A stretch of 64,000 nt of DNA from Octopus vulgaris (GCA_951406725.2 OX597835.1:24180001-24244000), one strand, 5' to 3'. Positions 38,520-53,139 are shown, numbered from the stretch's first letter. Program-made: numbers and translations. The notes: generated by a model not told the origin, from the sequence alone.

Positions 38520-40140
38520 CCTGATTGCTTAATTCATGGCTGAATTCATTGCAGACTCTTAGTTTGTTGACAGAACCTCAATTCATGGTTTGTACACCCC
38601 TCAAAAACCATTCACCTAATATTCTCAGCGATCCCCAGTTTACAAAGCAAAGGAACCTGTTGAAGCCTTCTAGGTGTAGGAGGTTTATTCTGCTAAGCAC
38701 TTCTCGTGTAGTTGTCTCATTAGGAAGTTGACATTGGTGGTACCTTTCCTGTTTAAGATCGAACCACTTCTCTTAAAGGCTACGATGACTTGCGTATTTG
38801 TTTTTAATTCGTTCCGGCAGTTCAAACGTGAATTTTACAATCTTTTTTGAAGCTAGTCGACGGAGAACAACTTCTCCACTCAGTAATTTGGCAGCTAACA
38901 CATACCAGGAAATAATTTGTTAGCCGATGTTATAAACAGGAACGACAATATCTTGTTAGATTCATTAGTCCAGGTTATCTTTGGGTGAGGTAACACAACG
39001 ATCTCGAAACACCGGGTATCCCAAAGTCCTCTTATGCTAATGAATCAAGTAATTTGTGATACAATCGTCTGAACAGAGGAGGTGTTCTCCATTGATGACA
39101 TCTAACAGCGACATCCACTTCGAACTGGCGGAATGATTATGTAAGTCAATCGTTTTGATTCTCAATATACACATGACGACCTTGACTAATCATTGTCCTA
39201 ATCAAATTGTACAATAACTATTTCTTTTTTTTTTTTGTAACTTTTATCAACGGTTCGAACAATTTGATGCCTCTGTAGTTTCCTCTCTCCGGTGCATCAC
39301 CTTTGTATTTGTTCACAATGATGCTAGCCCAAGTTGTTAGGTTGTGACACGTCCCTGCATTGTCTATCTGGTTGACTCTGAATGACTAGCCTTAAGTTTT
39401 ACTTAAGATATTTTACGCAGCTCAGCGACTATTCCTGATAGACCAGCTACTTCCTCTGTGGTCATAACCTTAATTGCGCTTGCTATATAACAATTGCCCA
39501 CCTGAATGGATGGTTCACCTGTTGGGCCTACTTAGGGACAAGCTTCTTTCTCCCAAGCATTCTTCTTTTTCAACATTCTTTATTTCTCTTTTTATTAAAA
39601 ATTCCCTAACGAGGTGAGAAATCACTGAGTGTAAGGGACGATGAGGAAGGAGAAATCAAGATAGAAGGGATGAATTTACTTTAGACTTGAAAGATCTCAG
39701 GTCAGAGGGGGAAACGGTGAAATGGAAGAGAGTTCCAAAGCCCGGCAATTAATTGTTTAGCACTTCTACATTTTTTTCTGGCATCAGTAAGTGAAAATAT
39801 GCCATTATAATTCTGTACACTCTTCCCGCTCACGCTATCCCGTACCTCCTTTCTTGCCTGGCATCATGGAATATTTCCGTTCTTCACATTACAGAACATT
39901 AGCAGGCCACTTCTGGTTTATCCTCATCTGACTTTTAGTCTCGCTTCTAACTACTTCATATTGGTCTTTGCTGCACGATTTTTCCAGTCATTCCAGGCTT
40001 GTCCCCTACCTTTTATAGAACTATTCCAGCCCCTCTCTTATATCCTGTCTGACTGGGACCTTACACCAACCACAGATTTGTAGGGTAATTTACTGCAGGT
40101 TGTAACATAGAAGGCAATTGAGTGTCATCTACGTGACAGG
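38520..40140 (-). mobile_element. Old fragmented RTE LINE (RT region), interrupted at about 38770-39230
   Basis: Minus-strand remnants IIVNKYKGDAPERGNYRGIKL and KGTTNVNFLMRQLHEKCLA. Confidence 0.65.
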
Positions 40141-40759
40141 TCTCTACCCGTTCCTCTCTCCTATCGCTCAACTAAAATTTTCATAAAATTCTTTTTCATA
40201 GTGTTTTATACAATTGGGTCTGTTTAGTTCTTAATCTGAACTCATTTATTACTGACCAATAATGTGTGAGACATTCTTCAGCAGGGAAAAATTTAGTGTT
40301 CACAAACGACTTTCTACCGTTTTTTTTTTCTTTTCGCGATATAAAGATTTGGTCTCTGTCTGTTTACATGTGGTCATTTTCCTGCAATAAATTTGACTAT
40401 TTACATCATGGAACTACTTCTAGACACACACACACACAGAGTATGTATGTATGTGTGTGCATGTGCTATAAGTACATAAAGATAAATTATCCTGGCGGGT
40501 ACCGTACAAGTACTCCGGTGTAGCCTGGTTCCAGGCTAACCGCATCGAGTAATAAGAAGTATCTAGGATCACGTGGGGTGAGCAATGACATTGCAATTCT
40601 TTTGATGGGTAAATCTTGGATTCGTTTCACTGAATTAGGAATAATTCCGATATGGTAAATCCAAAATAATTATATTGAATACGGAGACTGGAACATTTGC
40701 ATATTTTTTATTTTTATTTTTACAGTAAATTATACAGTATAATTGGTTTAGATATAACA

Positions 40760-41140
40760 TGGCGGCGAGCTGGCAGAATCGTTAGCGCGCCGGGCGAAAT
40801 ATTTAGCGGTATTTCGTCCGTCTGCACGTTCTGAGTTCAAATTCCGCCGAGGTCGACTTTGCCTTTCATCCTTTCGGGGTCGATAAATTAAGGACCAGTT
40901 ACGCACTGGGGCCGATGTAATCGACTTAATCCATTTGTCTGTCCTTGTTTGTCCCCTCTGTGTGTAGCCCCTTGTGGGTAGTAAAGAAATAGGTATTTCG
41001 TCTGTCTGCACGTTCTGAGTTCAAATTCCACCGAGGTCGACTTTGCTTTTCATTCTTTCGTAGCCGAAACACTGGGGTCGATGTAATCGACTAGTCCCTT
41101 CCCCACAAATTTCAGGCCTTGTGCCTTTAGTAGAAAGAAT
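40760..41140 (+). mobile_element. SINE family A dimer
   Basis: Consensus-like copy plus partial second copy; flanked by a taattggtttagatat direct repeat. Confidence 0.85.
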
Positions 41141-41541
41141 AATTGGTTTAGATATGACCAACACGTGTTTCTGCAGCAATTCACCTCTAGCTATGTTCCC
41201 AAATACAGCTTGATTCAAGGCGTGTCCGCAAATGTGACTTGAAGTAGACTGAGTTTATTTGTGCATGGCTAACATATTTTGCTAGGTTACTATGGTTTTA
41301 GATAGAAAAAAAAGGAAGTGAAGGGGATATTTAGAAACCTGACATCCCTATAAAAATTAGCTTGTCTTCATCTCGATCTTAGGTTTTAGGACGAAACAGT
41401 CCTAGACCCTAAAATAGGTCAAAGTGTATTCTTCAGTGTTTTGTACAACAATTACGTACTAAATTAAATTTAAATGAAAAATAAATTGAATCCTATCAGA
41501 TTAAATTATATATATATATATATATAAATATATGTGTGTGC

Positions 41542-43102
41542 GCACAGGAGTGACTGTGTGGTAAGTAGCTTGCTTACCAACTACGTGGTTCTCATGTTCA
41601 GTCCCACTGCGTGGCACCTTGGGCAAGTGTCTTCTACTATAGCCTCGGGCCAACCAAAGCCTTGTGAGTGGATTTGGTAGACGGAAACTGAAAGAAGCCC
41701 GTCGTATATATGTATATATATGTGTGTTTGTGTGTCTGTGTTTGTCCCCCCAACATCGCTTGACAACCGATGTTGGTGTGTTTACGTCCCCGTAACTTAG
41801 CGGTTCGGCAAAAAGACCGATAGAATAAGTACTAGGCTTGCAAAGAATAAGTCCTGGGGTCGACTAAAGGCGGTGCTCCAGCGTGGCCGCAATCAAATGA
41901 CTGAAATAAGTAAAAGAGAGTATATGTGGTATAAGGAACTTATTTATGATGGCAATTCGAAATTTTCTCTGTGTAATGGAATTTTTAATTACATGCAGTT
42001 TCTACGTCCTGTGTGCGTTGCTATGGTTTATAAAAAAAGATATTTTAATGAGAATATCGATTGCAGTTTGAAAGTCAAACCTGATATTCTCATTGAATTA
42101 AAATATCTTTGGTTCTACTTTGGCGTGTGATCTACAACTTCAAGAGCGATTACTTTAGGCTAGATTTTTGTTCCTTTACTTTGCAAAACCCGCGGCTGCC
42201 AAACTCGTGCGATCTACGCGCTTATCTTAATTATTATATTCTCTCTTTTTTTTTACTCTCTTTTACCTGTTTCAGTCATTTGACTGCGGCCATGCTGGAG
42301 CACCGCCTTTAGTCGAGCAAATCGACCCCGGGACTTATTCTTTGTAAGCCCAGTACTTATTCTATCGGTCTCTTTTGCCGATCCGCTAAGTGACGGGGAC
42401 GTAAACACACCAGCATCGGTTGTCAAGCAATGCTAGGGGGACAAACACAGACACACAAACATATACACACACACTTATATATAGATACATATATACGACA
42501 GGCTTCTTTCAGTTTCCGTCTACCAAATCCACTCACAAGGCATTGGTCGGCCCGGGGCTACAGCAGAAGACACTTGCCCAAGATGCCACGCAGTGGGACT
42601 GAACCCGGAACCATGTGGTTGGTTAGCAAGCTACTTACCACACAGCCACTCCTGCGCCTATATTGTTTATTTTTGGTTTGTTATTGTTTATTAAGACACA
42701 AATGAATCGTGGTTTTATTATTATTAAAATAATGTTTACTCTCTTTTACTTGTTTCAATCATTTGACTGCGGCCATGCTGGAGCACCGCCTTTAGTCGAG
42801 AAAATCGACCACAGGACTTATTCTTTGCAAGCCTAGTACTTATTCTATCGGTCTCTTTTTGCCAAACCGCTAAGTTACGGGGACGTAAACACACCAGCAT
42901 CGGTTGTCAGACACACACGCATACACATACGTATACATATATACGACGGGCTTCTTTCAGTTTCCGTCTACCAAATACACTCACAAGGCTTCGGTCGGCC
43001 CGAGGCTATAGTAGAAGACACCTGCCCAAGGTGCCACGCAGCAGGGCTGAACCCGGAACCATGTGGTTGGTAAGCAAGCTACTTACCACACAGCCACTCC
43101 TG
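41542..43102. mobile_element. Three SINE B copies: 41542-41920 (+), 42257-42660 (-), 42737-43102 (-)
   Basis: Highly similar copies in opposite orientations. Confidence 0.88.
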
Positions 43103-43398
43103 GCAAAAAAAAATGACCATCCCGAAATACAACAAAATAGTAAGAATTTAAAAAAAAATACATTTACAATGCTAAGTACGTGCAAAAGAATTTATTGTAA
43201 ATAAATCTTTAGCCAACATCTTAAATGTTTTTAGAAATCGAAAAGCAAAAAAAAACAACCTAAATTAATCACCCTTTGGGTTGTGGATCACACGCCAAAG
43301 TAGCATCGAGAAATTTTTCGAATTACTACATATTTATTAATTTATAACTTACACTGCACTTGAGGACTGTCTCTTTTCCTTACCGTTGTTTTGCATAT

Positions 43399-45508
43399 CA
43401 TCATGGCTCGGCTTCGCGCACGAAGATCAGGAAGGCTGTCCACGTCGCGTGCATGCACGCTCATGACTGACAAGTCCGATATGGGAAAGGCAGGTCCGTG
43501 AGCAGTGTCCACAGGCGAAGGTAACATCCGGTGTGGTGTCAGAGGCGGCTCGCGCCTTCCTCCTGCGTCTCTTGTCTTTAAGCGCGTCTCTTCTTTGTTC
43601 CTCAAACTTGCTGACTGCGTTGAAGATCGTGTGGCGCCAGACATCACGGTCCGCAGCCAGGTCTGACCAGCATTGGTGGTTAATTTGACATGCTGTTAGA
43701 GACTTCTTGAGGCAGTCTTTGTAGCACTTCCTCGGAGCTCCTCTCACTCGGTGGCCGGTGGAGAGTTCGCCAAACAGGGCAATCTTTGGAAGGCGATGGT
43801 TCTCCATTCTGGAGACATGCCCTGCCCATCGGAGGTGGTACTTCAGTAGCGTGGCTTCAATGCTGGGGATCTTGGCCCGCTCCAAGACTTCAATGTTTGT
43901 GACGAAGTCACTCCAGCGAATGTTGAGGATGGTGCGGAGACATCGCTGGTGGAAGCGCTCGAGGAGACGGATGTGACGGCGGTAAGTGAGCTAGGTCTCT
44001 GAGCCGTAGAGAAGAGTGGTGAGAACTACGGCCCTGTAGACACTGATCTTTGTTTTGTTCTTCAGGCCACCATTGTGCCAAACACGTTTGTACAATCTGC
44101 TAAAGGAGCTATTTGCCTTAGAAAATCTATTGTCAATTTCCTTGTCAATCCTTGCATCGGATGAGATGATGCAGCCCAAGTATGTAAACTGCTGTATTGA
44201 TTTCAGTTCGGTACCGCAGATAATGATGTGGGTTGGGCGGTATTCTTCTTGGGGTGTAGGTTGGTGAAGTACCTCCGTCTTCTTGAGGCTGACCTCCAGG
44301 CCAAAGAGCTGCGAGGCGTCTGCAAAGCAGGATGTGATGCACTGCAGAGCTCGCTCTGTGTGGGCGATAAGGACAGCGTCGTCTGCAAAGAGGTCTCGAA
44401 TCAACCTCTCCTGGGTCTTGGTGTGGGCTTGGAGGCGCCGTTGATTGAAGATACTACCATCCAGACGATACCTAACATACACCCCATCCTCATCCTCCAT
44501 ATCTTCAGTTGCATGCTTGATCATCATGCTGAAGAGAGTCGGTGCCAGGACGCAACCCTGCTTCACGCCGTTGGAAATGGGGAAGGGCTCCGACAGGTCA
44601 GCATTGAGTATGATCTGACCAGGTTGATTCTCGTGCAGCTGGATCACCATCTGTAGAAACTTGGTGGGACAGTCAAGTCGTTCCAGGATGAGCCATAGTC
44701 CTGTCCTGCTCACTGTGTCAAATGTTTTTGTAAGGTCGACGAAAGTAGCATAAAGTCCCCTGTTTTGTTCTCGGCACTTCTCCTGGAGTTGGTGGAGGAC
44801 GAACACCATATCCATTGTGCCTCTGTTGGCTCTGAAGCCACACTGGCTCTCGGGGAGGTTTTCTTCAGCGATGGTTGGTACTAGCCTATTGAGCAAGATC
44901 CTGGCAAGTACTTTGCCGGCGATGGAGAGTAGGGTGATTCCCTGGTAGTTGGAGCAGTCAGACTTTTCACCCTTGTTCTTGTACAGGGTTATGATGACGG
45001 CGTCGCGAAGATCCTGTGGCATCTTGCTCTGGTCCCAGCAGCAGACAAGAAAATCATGGAGCTTGTCATGGAGCATCGGACCTCCATTCTTCCAGATTTC
45101 TGGTGGGATGCCGTCAACTCCTGCTGCTTTGCGACTCTTGAGTTGTCCTATGGCTTCAATCGAGGGTGGGTGGTTTGTTGAGCTCCTCTTTGAGTGGAAG
45201 TTGAGGAATGCGAAGGATGGCAGCGTCCTGTACGGTACGGTTAGCACTGAAGAGGCCTTGGAAGTGCTTGGACCAGCGAGCGAGGATGGAGGCGTTATCG
45301 GTGATGAGGTCCTGTCCATCTGAACTGCGTAGGGGACTCTGGACCAGGTGGGTGGGGCCATACACTGCTTTCAGAACCTCATAGAAGCCGCTATAGTCTC
45401 TGAGGTCAGCACACAGCTGGGTTCTCCGCGCCAGGTGGTCCCACCACTCGTTCTGCATTTCTCTGAGTTTTCGCTGCAGGGTGTTGCAGCGAAAACAGCA
45501 CCCTGCAG
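43399..45508 (-). mobile_element. 5'-truncated, inactivated RTE-clade LINE (RT plus C-terminal Cys/His finger)
   Basis: RT motifs LPESQCGFR, FVDLTKTFD, GVKQGCVLAPTLF, FADD and FTYLG; finger CGHC..SHERAC; (ATG)n tail; 12-bp TSD TGTTTTGCATAT at 43387-43398 and 45509-45520; frameshift near 45160 and TAG at 43991-43993. Confidence 0.95.
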
Positions 45509-47002
45509 TGTTTTGCATATAATTTTAAGCTATCAACAATTTTGCCCAAGTTTTAATTTTAGAGTTATCTCCCTTACATTCTTTCACTATGAGAGTTATG
45601 TCCCTTGCACTTAGCAGAAGATTGATTAAGACCATCGATCAGTCAGATCATAAGTCTTCTCGCCATGATCACAGATTTTGTTTGCTTATTTTTACGGAAC
45701 AGTATATGAAATTTAGAAATATTCTAAAACATGGCTGTGTAGTTAAGAAGCTTAGTGGGAAACCACATGATTTCAGTTTCTCTTCCACTGCGCGGCGCCT
45801 AAGTTTTATTCAATGACAAAAACAATAAAAACAGTTTCTTGTTACTGCTTTTTCGTGTAAGTTGTCAGTTTTAAGTGCTATAAATAGTAGTATGTGTCGC
45901 TTTGTAGCCTTATGGCTTCGGATTTAATTTCACTGTGCAGTGCACTGGTGAAATGGCGAGCTGGCAGAATGCTTAGCGGGATTTCGTCTGCCGCTACGTT
46001 CTGAGTTCAAATTCCGCCGAAGTCGACTTTGCCTTACATCCTTTCGGGGTTGATAAATTAAGTACCAGTTACGCACTGAAGTCAATGTAATCCAAGGTTC
46101 AATAGTTTTTCTTTCAACACACGAATTCACATCAAGAATTTTGCACTCGTGCCCCGTGCTAGTAGGGTGCTAAGAGCACTATCTGAGCATGATTGTTGCC
46201 AGAACGGCTAACTGGCTTCTGTGCTAGTGGCATGTAAAAGGCACCATTCGAACGTGATTGTTACCAGCATCGCCTTACTGGTACCTGTGCCGGTGACATG
46301 TGTAAAAAGATTCGAGTGAGGGCGTTGCCAGTACCGCCTGACTAGCCCCCGTGCCAGTGGCACGTAAAAGCATCCACTACACTCTCAGAGTGGTTGGCGT
46401 TAGGAAGGGCATCCAGCTGTAGAAACTCTGACAGATCAAGTTTGGAGCCTGGTGCAGCCATCTGGTTCGCCAGCCCGCAGTCAAATCGTCCAACCCATGC
46501 TAGCATGGAAAGCAGACGTTAAGCGATGATGATGTGTGTATATCGAGTGAGCTTCTTTCAGTTTCCATCTGTGAAATCCACTCACAAGGCTTTGGTTGGC
46601 TGAGGATTACAATAGAAGACACCCAATGTGTCATGCAATAGCACTGAGCCTAAAATCACATGGTTGTGAAGTAAGCTTCATAATATATTCACATACATTT
46701 GGTGCATGAGGTATGAGTTCGATTCCCGGACTGGACTGTAGACTGTGTCCTTGAGCAAGGGACTTTATTTCACATTGCTCCAGTTCACTCAGCTGTAGAA
46801 ATGTGTTGCAATGTTACTAGTGCCAAGCTGTATCGGCCCCTTTGCCTTTCCCTTGGATAACATCAGTGGCATGGAGAGGAGAAGCTGGTATGCATGGGTG
46901 ACTGCTGGTCTTCCATAAACAACTTTGCATGGACTTGTGCTTCAGAGGGGAACTTTTCTAATTTCATGGTCATTCATGACCAAAAGGGGACTTTACTTTT
47001 TT

Positions 47003-47034
<32 letters not shown>

Positions 47035-47190
47035 CATCATCATCATCATCGTTTAACGTCCGTTTTCCGCGCTAGCACGGGTTGAATGGTTCGACCGGGG
47101 TCTGGGAAGCCAGGGGCTGCACCAGGCTCCAGTCTGATCTGGCAGTGTTTCTACAGCTGGATGCCCTTCCTAACGCCAACCACTCCACGA

Positions 47191-47225
<35 letters not shown>

Positions 47226-47601
47226 TAGATGGAGGAGCAATGGCCCAGTGGTTAGGGCAGCAGATTCGCAGTTGTGGGATCACAGTTTCGATTCCCAGAT
47301 CGGGTGTTGTGTTTATTGAGCAAAAAAACACCTAACGCTGCATGAGACTCTAGAAGGGGGTGGTGACGAACCCTGCTGTACTCTTTCACCACAACTTTCT
47401 CTCACTCTTTTTTCAAAGGGCCAGCCTTGTCACAGTCTGAATCTCCCCAAGGACTACGTTAAGGGTACACGTGTTTGTGGAGTGCTCAGCCACTTACACG
47501 TTAATTTCATGAGCAGGCTGTTCTGTTGATTGGATCAATTGGAACCCTCGTTGTCATAACCGACAGAGTGCCATGACGACGATATATATATATATAAACA
47601 A

Positions 47602-47972
47602 GAGGCGCAGGAGTGGCTGTGTGGTAAGTAGCTTGCTAACCAACCACATGGTTCCGGGTTCAGTCCCACTGCGTGGCATTTTGGGCAAGTGTCTTCTGCT
47701 ATAGCCCCGGGCCGACCAATGCCTTGTGAGTGGATTTGGTAGACGGAAACTGAAAGAAGCCCATCGTATATATGTATCTATATATAAGTGTGTGTGTATA
47801 TGTTTGTGTGTCTGTGTTTGTCCCCCTAGCATTGCTTGACAACCGATGCTGGTGTGTTTACGTCCCCCGTCACTTCTGGGCTTACAAAGAATAAGTCCCG
47901 GGGTCGATTTGCTCAACTAAAGGTGGTGCTCCAGCATGGCCGCAGTCAAATGACTGAAACAAGTAAGAGAGT
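47602..47972 (+). mobile_element. SINE family B (internal deletion in tail)
   Basis: Very close to the copy at 42257-42660, including the internal microsatellite pattern. Confidence 0.85.
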
Positions 47973-48639
47973 AAGAGGAAATAAAAACAACACATTTTAT
48001 AGTTGTATATTTGTTTATTTTATTATTATATTTTTAATATAAAAATGTCGTGTTTGCAATTTCAAACATTTTTTCCGGAAATTTTATTAAAATGACGACA
48101 GAAAGAAAAACAAAAGAATTATATAAAAGCAAAAATACTAATCAAAAAAATGTATACAATTTACGTCGAATTGTTTTTCTATAAAAGGACATTTAGAATG
48201 TCTGTTTTTTTTTTTTTTGTTTTTTTTTCCTCATTTATTCTGTTTTATTTCATAATTTGTTAATCCCTTAAAAATTATTTTAAAAAAAGAAAATTAAAAA
48301 AGGTTAAATTAAAAACAACAAAAAAAAAAATGGAAAAAGGCTCACGGCAAATATCTGAGCCCTTCTTCAAGACATTGCTATCATGACTGTCCAATGTGCA
48401 GTGCTTGTGTATGTGTGTGTGGGTGAGAATGTATGTGTGTATGAATACATGATCACACAAATGTGTGTGTGTGTGCGTATGTGTGTGTGTGTGCATGCGT
48501 ATGTGTGTGTGTGTGTGATATATGTATGTATCTTTATACGTTATATCCTCATCATTATCATTTTGCATTTGTTTTCCATGCTGGGAGAGGCTGGATGGGT
48601 TACCACGATCTGCTTCATGCCTTATATATACATATATAT

Positions 48640-49135
48640 ATATATGCATATATACATACTTATACATACATAATATATACATTATATGCATATATACATA
48701 CTTATACATACATAATATATATACATTATATGCATATATACATACTTATACATACATAATATATACATTATATGCATATATACATACTTATACATACAAT
48801 ATATATACATTATATGCATATATACATACATAATATATACATTATATGCATATATACATACATAATATATACATTATATGCATATATACATACTTATACA
48901 TACATAATATATATACATTATATGCATATATACATACTTATACATACATTATATGCATATATACATACTTATACATACATAATATATATACATTATATGC
49001 ATATATACATACTTATACATACATTATATGCATATATACATACTTATACATACATAATATATATACATTATATGCATATATGCATACTTATACATACATA
49101 ATATTTTCATTATATGCATATATACATACATATAT
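48640..49135. repeat. About 41-bp minisatellite (tatgcatatatacatacttatacatacataatatatacatta)
   Basis: More than ten units, some truncated. Confidence 0.9.
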
Positions 49136-49390
49136 GTATGCATGGGACTAAACATAGACTTGCGCCCCTCCCTCTTTCTAAGAGGAAACTCTGGGGCCGC
49201 TCTTGGAACATCCTTGCCAGAAATGCAAAAGAGAATTTCATGGTCAAGTAGACCCTCCCCACCTCCTCTTTCTTACAACACCTTTTAACAGTGAAGAAGC
49301 CTTTTGATAGTGTCTTATTGTTGATAGTCTTTGAAGCCTCAAGGAAATTAAATGTAGCCATTTCTATATGCATGCACATATACATATATT

Positions 49391-49421
<31 letters not shown>

Positions 49422-49422
49422 C

Positions 49423-49461
<39 letters not shown>

Positions 49462-50063
49462 CTCAGTCAGAACCAGGATAATCTGTGGTCTTACAAATCT
49501 GTAAATTCATGACAGATGTTTAATATATATACACACACACACATATACATACACACATATATACACATACATTCATACACACACACCTTGAGGCTTCAAG
49601 ATAATGCATGATTAACTCAAAACAATGTGAATAAATAGACATTGTGTTTGACAGAGGAATCTGAATGCAAAAGAGTTAAGGGTTCTCTAAACTCTATTCT
49701 TGGTCCCCCTCTGTTTATTAAAACCCTTGAGGAAATATCCTTACAATCCCAGGATTGGATATCTGTGGAAAGTTTCATACGACGACAATGATGATGATGA
49801 TGGCCTGTTTCTTATTGCAGAACGTGTGATGATGATTATTCTTATGATGATTTTTATTCTGATGATTATTATTCTTGTGTTGTGGGTCTGGGAAAGAAAG
49901 GTAGAAACATAACACTGTATTAGTTATGCTAATACTAAATGCTTTTATAGAGAGGCATTTCCCGAAGAGGTCTTAGGCAAGCAATGTTTGGGGTCTGAAG
50001 ATATGCTGTATGGCTAAACCACTTGTGAGCGAGAAACCCAGGGTAATCCCATAAAACGGCCCC

Positions 50064-50103
<40 letters not shown>

Positions 50104-50419
50104 CAATAAATTAGAGAGATTCAATATATAGGAGAATTATCATTGTCACTAAATGTGATTAGGGTGTTAGAAAACACTTACATTGCTAGAAATAAGAGCT
50201 AAAATGCTGTGGTCAATGCACATAAATGTAAACATATATGCAAACAGGGACCTTAACTGTCCAAAAAACGCTTGAGAATTGCTTCTTCAATAAGGAATGT
50301 ATTTATGCAGAGGGGTTTCTGGCTAACTGTCAAAGAAGTTGGACTTTAGACATGATATGGTGCACGAGAGCAGTTAGCTGTTGGAGCTCTCATAGAATGA
50401 AGTTCTTAGAATACGGAAA

Positions 50420-51037
50420 CTTGTTAGATAGACATATGAGATAGCTTCTGTCTCCTAGGTGACAAAATTAGGGCTGAGGTAGTTGAGATGAAATATGGTA
50501 GTTACACTAAATGAAAGGGCTGAAGAGGTACTATTGTTTCTTTGATGATTGGTTGTTTTCGTTTAGAAAGAATGGTTTGTATGAAACCTTCATCAAACGT
50601 ATGATGTTCCTGTTGTGAATGAGATCAGATCATCGCATCAGAAATGTAGAATTTATCCATGAAGACCGAAGAAAAATAAGTGAGGTAGAGAGTGTTGGAT
50701 GTGCAAAATAAATATGCATGAAAGGCTGGTATGATTGGGGCCTATGTGAGCTGAAAGAAAGTGGCTGAGTATTAGAAGCGGTATGGTCAAGTATTACTGG
50801 TATGAATGAGAGTGATGAAGGTGGGGGTGCTGAAGTGCCATTTTCCTCATGGAGAGTGAACAAAATAAAGGAGATTCGAGGAAGTAGTGAGGGGAAATAA
50901 TGAGGCTAGATCCCAAGATACTTGGGACGTAGTGGACTGGAGATGACACTGGAGCAAAATGAGAGTAGGTGAGATTCATCTAACTTAGAGCTGCTGCATA
51001 GAAAAACAGAAAATAAATGCCAACGATGATGATGAGG
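50420..51037 (+). mobile_element. Highly degraded RTE LINE 3' half ending in (GAT)n
   Basis: DSFCLLGDKI resembles the RTE DSFCYLGD.I motif; residual similarity to the RWYGHV region; tail aacgatgatgatga. Confidence 0.45.
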
Positions 51038-51576
51038 TGTACATAAAACCACTTCACTCAATACGGCTCTCTCCACAGTTGGGGGGGTTGTCTTACGAGT
51101 TACTTGGTGGTCTTACTGGTAATTGTGCCCTGTAAAATACATCCTGTACACTCTGTAAAGTGATTGGTGTTAAGAGGGGCATCCAGACGTAGAAGCCATG
51201 CGAAAGCAGACAGTAAAGTGAGGCACAGTCTTCTGACTTGCCAGCTGTCCGACTGTCCGACCCATGCCAGCATGGAAAGCATATGTTCAATGGTGATGAT
51301 GTATGTACACGTACACACACACACACAGATATATATATATATATACATATACACAAACATATACATACATTGTTATATATATATATATACATGGTTGGCA
51401 TTAGGAAGGGCATCCAGCTGTAGAAACACAGCCATATCAGACTGGAACCTGGTGCAGCCTCCTGGCTTCCCAGAACCCGGTTGAACTGTCCAACCCATGC
51501 TAGCATGGAAAACAGACGTTAAACGATGATGATGATGATTGTGTGTATTATGTAAAACATACATACAATGTGTGTG

Positions 51577-51614
<38 letters not shown>

Positions 51615-51649
51615 CATATTGTATGTGTGTGTGAATATATATATATATA

Positions 51650-51683
<34 letters not shown>

Positions 51684-52417
51684 CATATTGTATGTGTGAG
51701 TGTGTATATATATATATATATATATACACATATATTGTGTATATATACACACACATGTGCATGACCTTCTGGAAAAATGCCTCATTCATTTTGTCTTTCA
51801 GAAAGCAATGTTTGTGCCAGTGATTATGGTTGTGTGTGTGTGTGTGTGTGAGAGAGAGAAAGTTTATATGTGTGTATGTGTCTCTGTGTATCTCCTGGTG
51901 TGTGTGTATATGCAACCCAGTGTGTATACACGTACACTGACATGTATAAATGCAGCTGCAAGAGCCAGACAATGAATGATAGTCAAATCATTATTAACAA
52001 CAACACAATCTGCTGAAGACTGTGTCTTTTGATTCCCTTGTACTGCCAAACGTTTTCCCTTCAGGCCTTCATCTAACTGCTGTGATGCTTTTGTAGAGTC
52101 AAAATAGCATCCTGACAGCTGTTGCTGCTGTTGGTTTGAGATAAAAGGAATGGAATAATAAAAAAAAAATAATAAAAGGACAGGTGTAAACGAGAGGTAA
52201 TCAACTACCTTGGCTAAATCAAAACTGAAAGAAGAGTTTTAAAAGTAACAAAGCGCAGAAACAAGGGTCAGACGAAAGTTGTGTGTGTATTTTTGTTGAT
52301 GGATATCTGTGTGGTATTGTGGGTATGTGTGTGTGTGAATTTATCTACAGATATATGTGTATGCATAGGCATACATATGTATGTGTGTATGAAAATATAG
52401 ACTTGTCTATGGATATG

Positions 52418-52460
<43 letters not shown>

Positions 52461-52497
52461 GTATGTGTGTATAAGTATGAATTTGTCTATGGATATG

Positions 52498-52536
<39 letters not shown>

Positions 52537-53139
52537 GTATGTGTGTATAAGTATGAATTTGTCTATGGATATGTATGTGTATATATATATATATATACAT
52601 ATGTATGTGTGTATATGTATGAATTTGTCTGGATATGTATGTGTGTGTGTGTATATATATATATATATGTATGTGTGTATATGTATGAATTTGTCTATGG
52701 ATGTGTATGTATGTATACATATATATACGCATATGTATGGATCTGTCTATGGAGGTGTGTATGTACATATATTTGTATGTGTGTGTACATACATATGTAT
52801 ATAAGTATGGATATACAATATTTATCAATGGCTGTGTGTGTGAATGTATGCATGTATGTATATAATGTACACACGCGTTTGTATTATTACATCATTGAAC
52901 CATCACAGCCAAGGCCATGCATGGGGCATGTATGCGCGTACTATAAAGTTGCATTTTATAAACCTTGTGATTTTGGTGATATCATCAACTCACTAATTGA
53001 CTAATTAGCTGCCATTAGTTGAAGAATATTTCAGTTCATCATTTTATAATTTATTTTTTTGACATTTTCAACTTTCATATCAAAGTGAAAAAAATTCAGG
53101 AAACCAGGACAGATAGTAAAAAAGAAACATGAACAACAC

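Noticed and set aside
40521-40538. TAGCCTGG-TT-CCAGGCTA palindrome
   Set aside because: Short and isolated, with no supporting context.
40760-40850. tRNA genes at SINE heads
   Set aside because: A/B-box-like sequences run directly into SINE bodies and do not form complete cloverleaves.
43991-45361. 456-aa ORF as an intact RT or host gene
   Set aside because: The N-terminus is off-frame, there is a premature TAG and small deletions, and the endonuclease domain is missing: a dead LINE copy.
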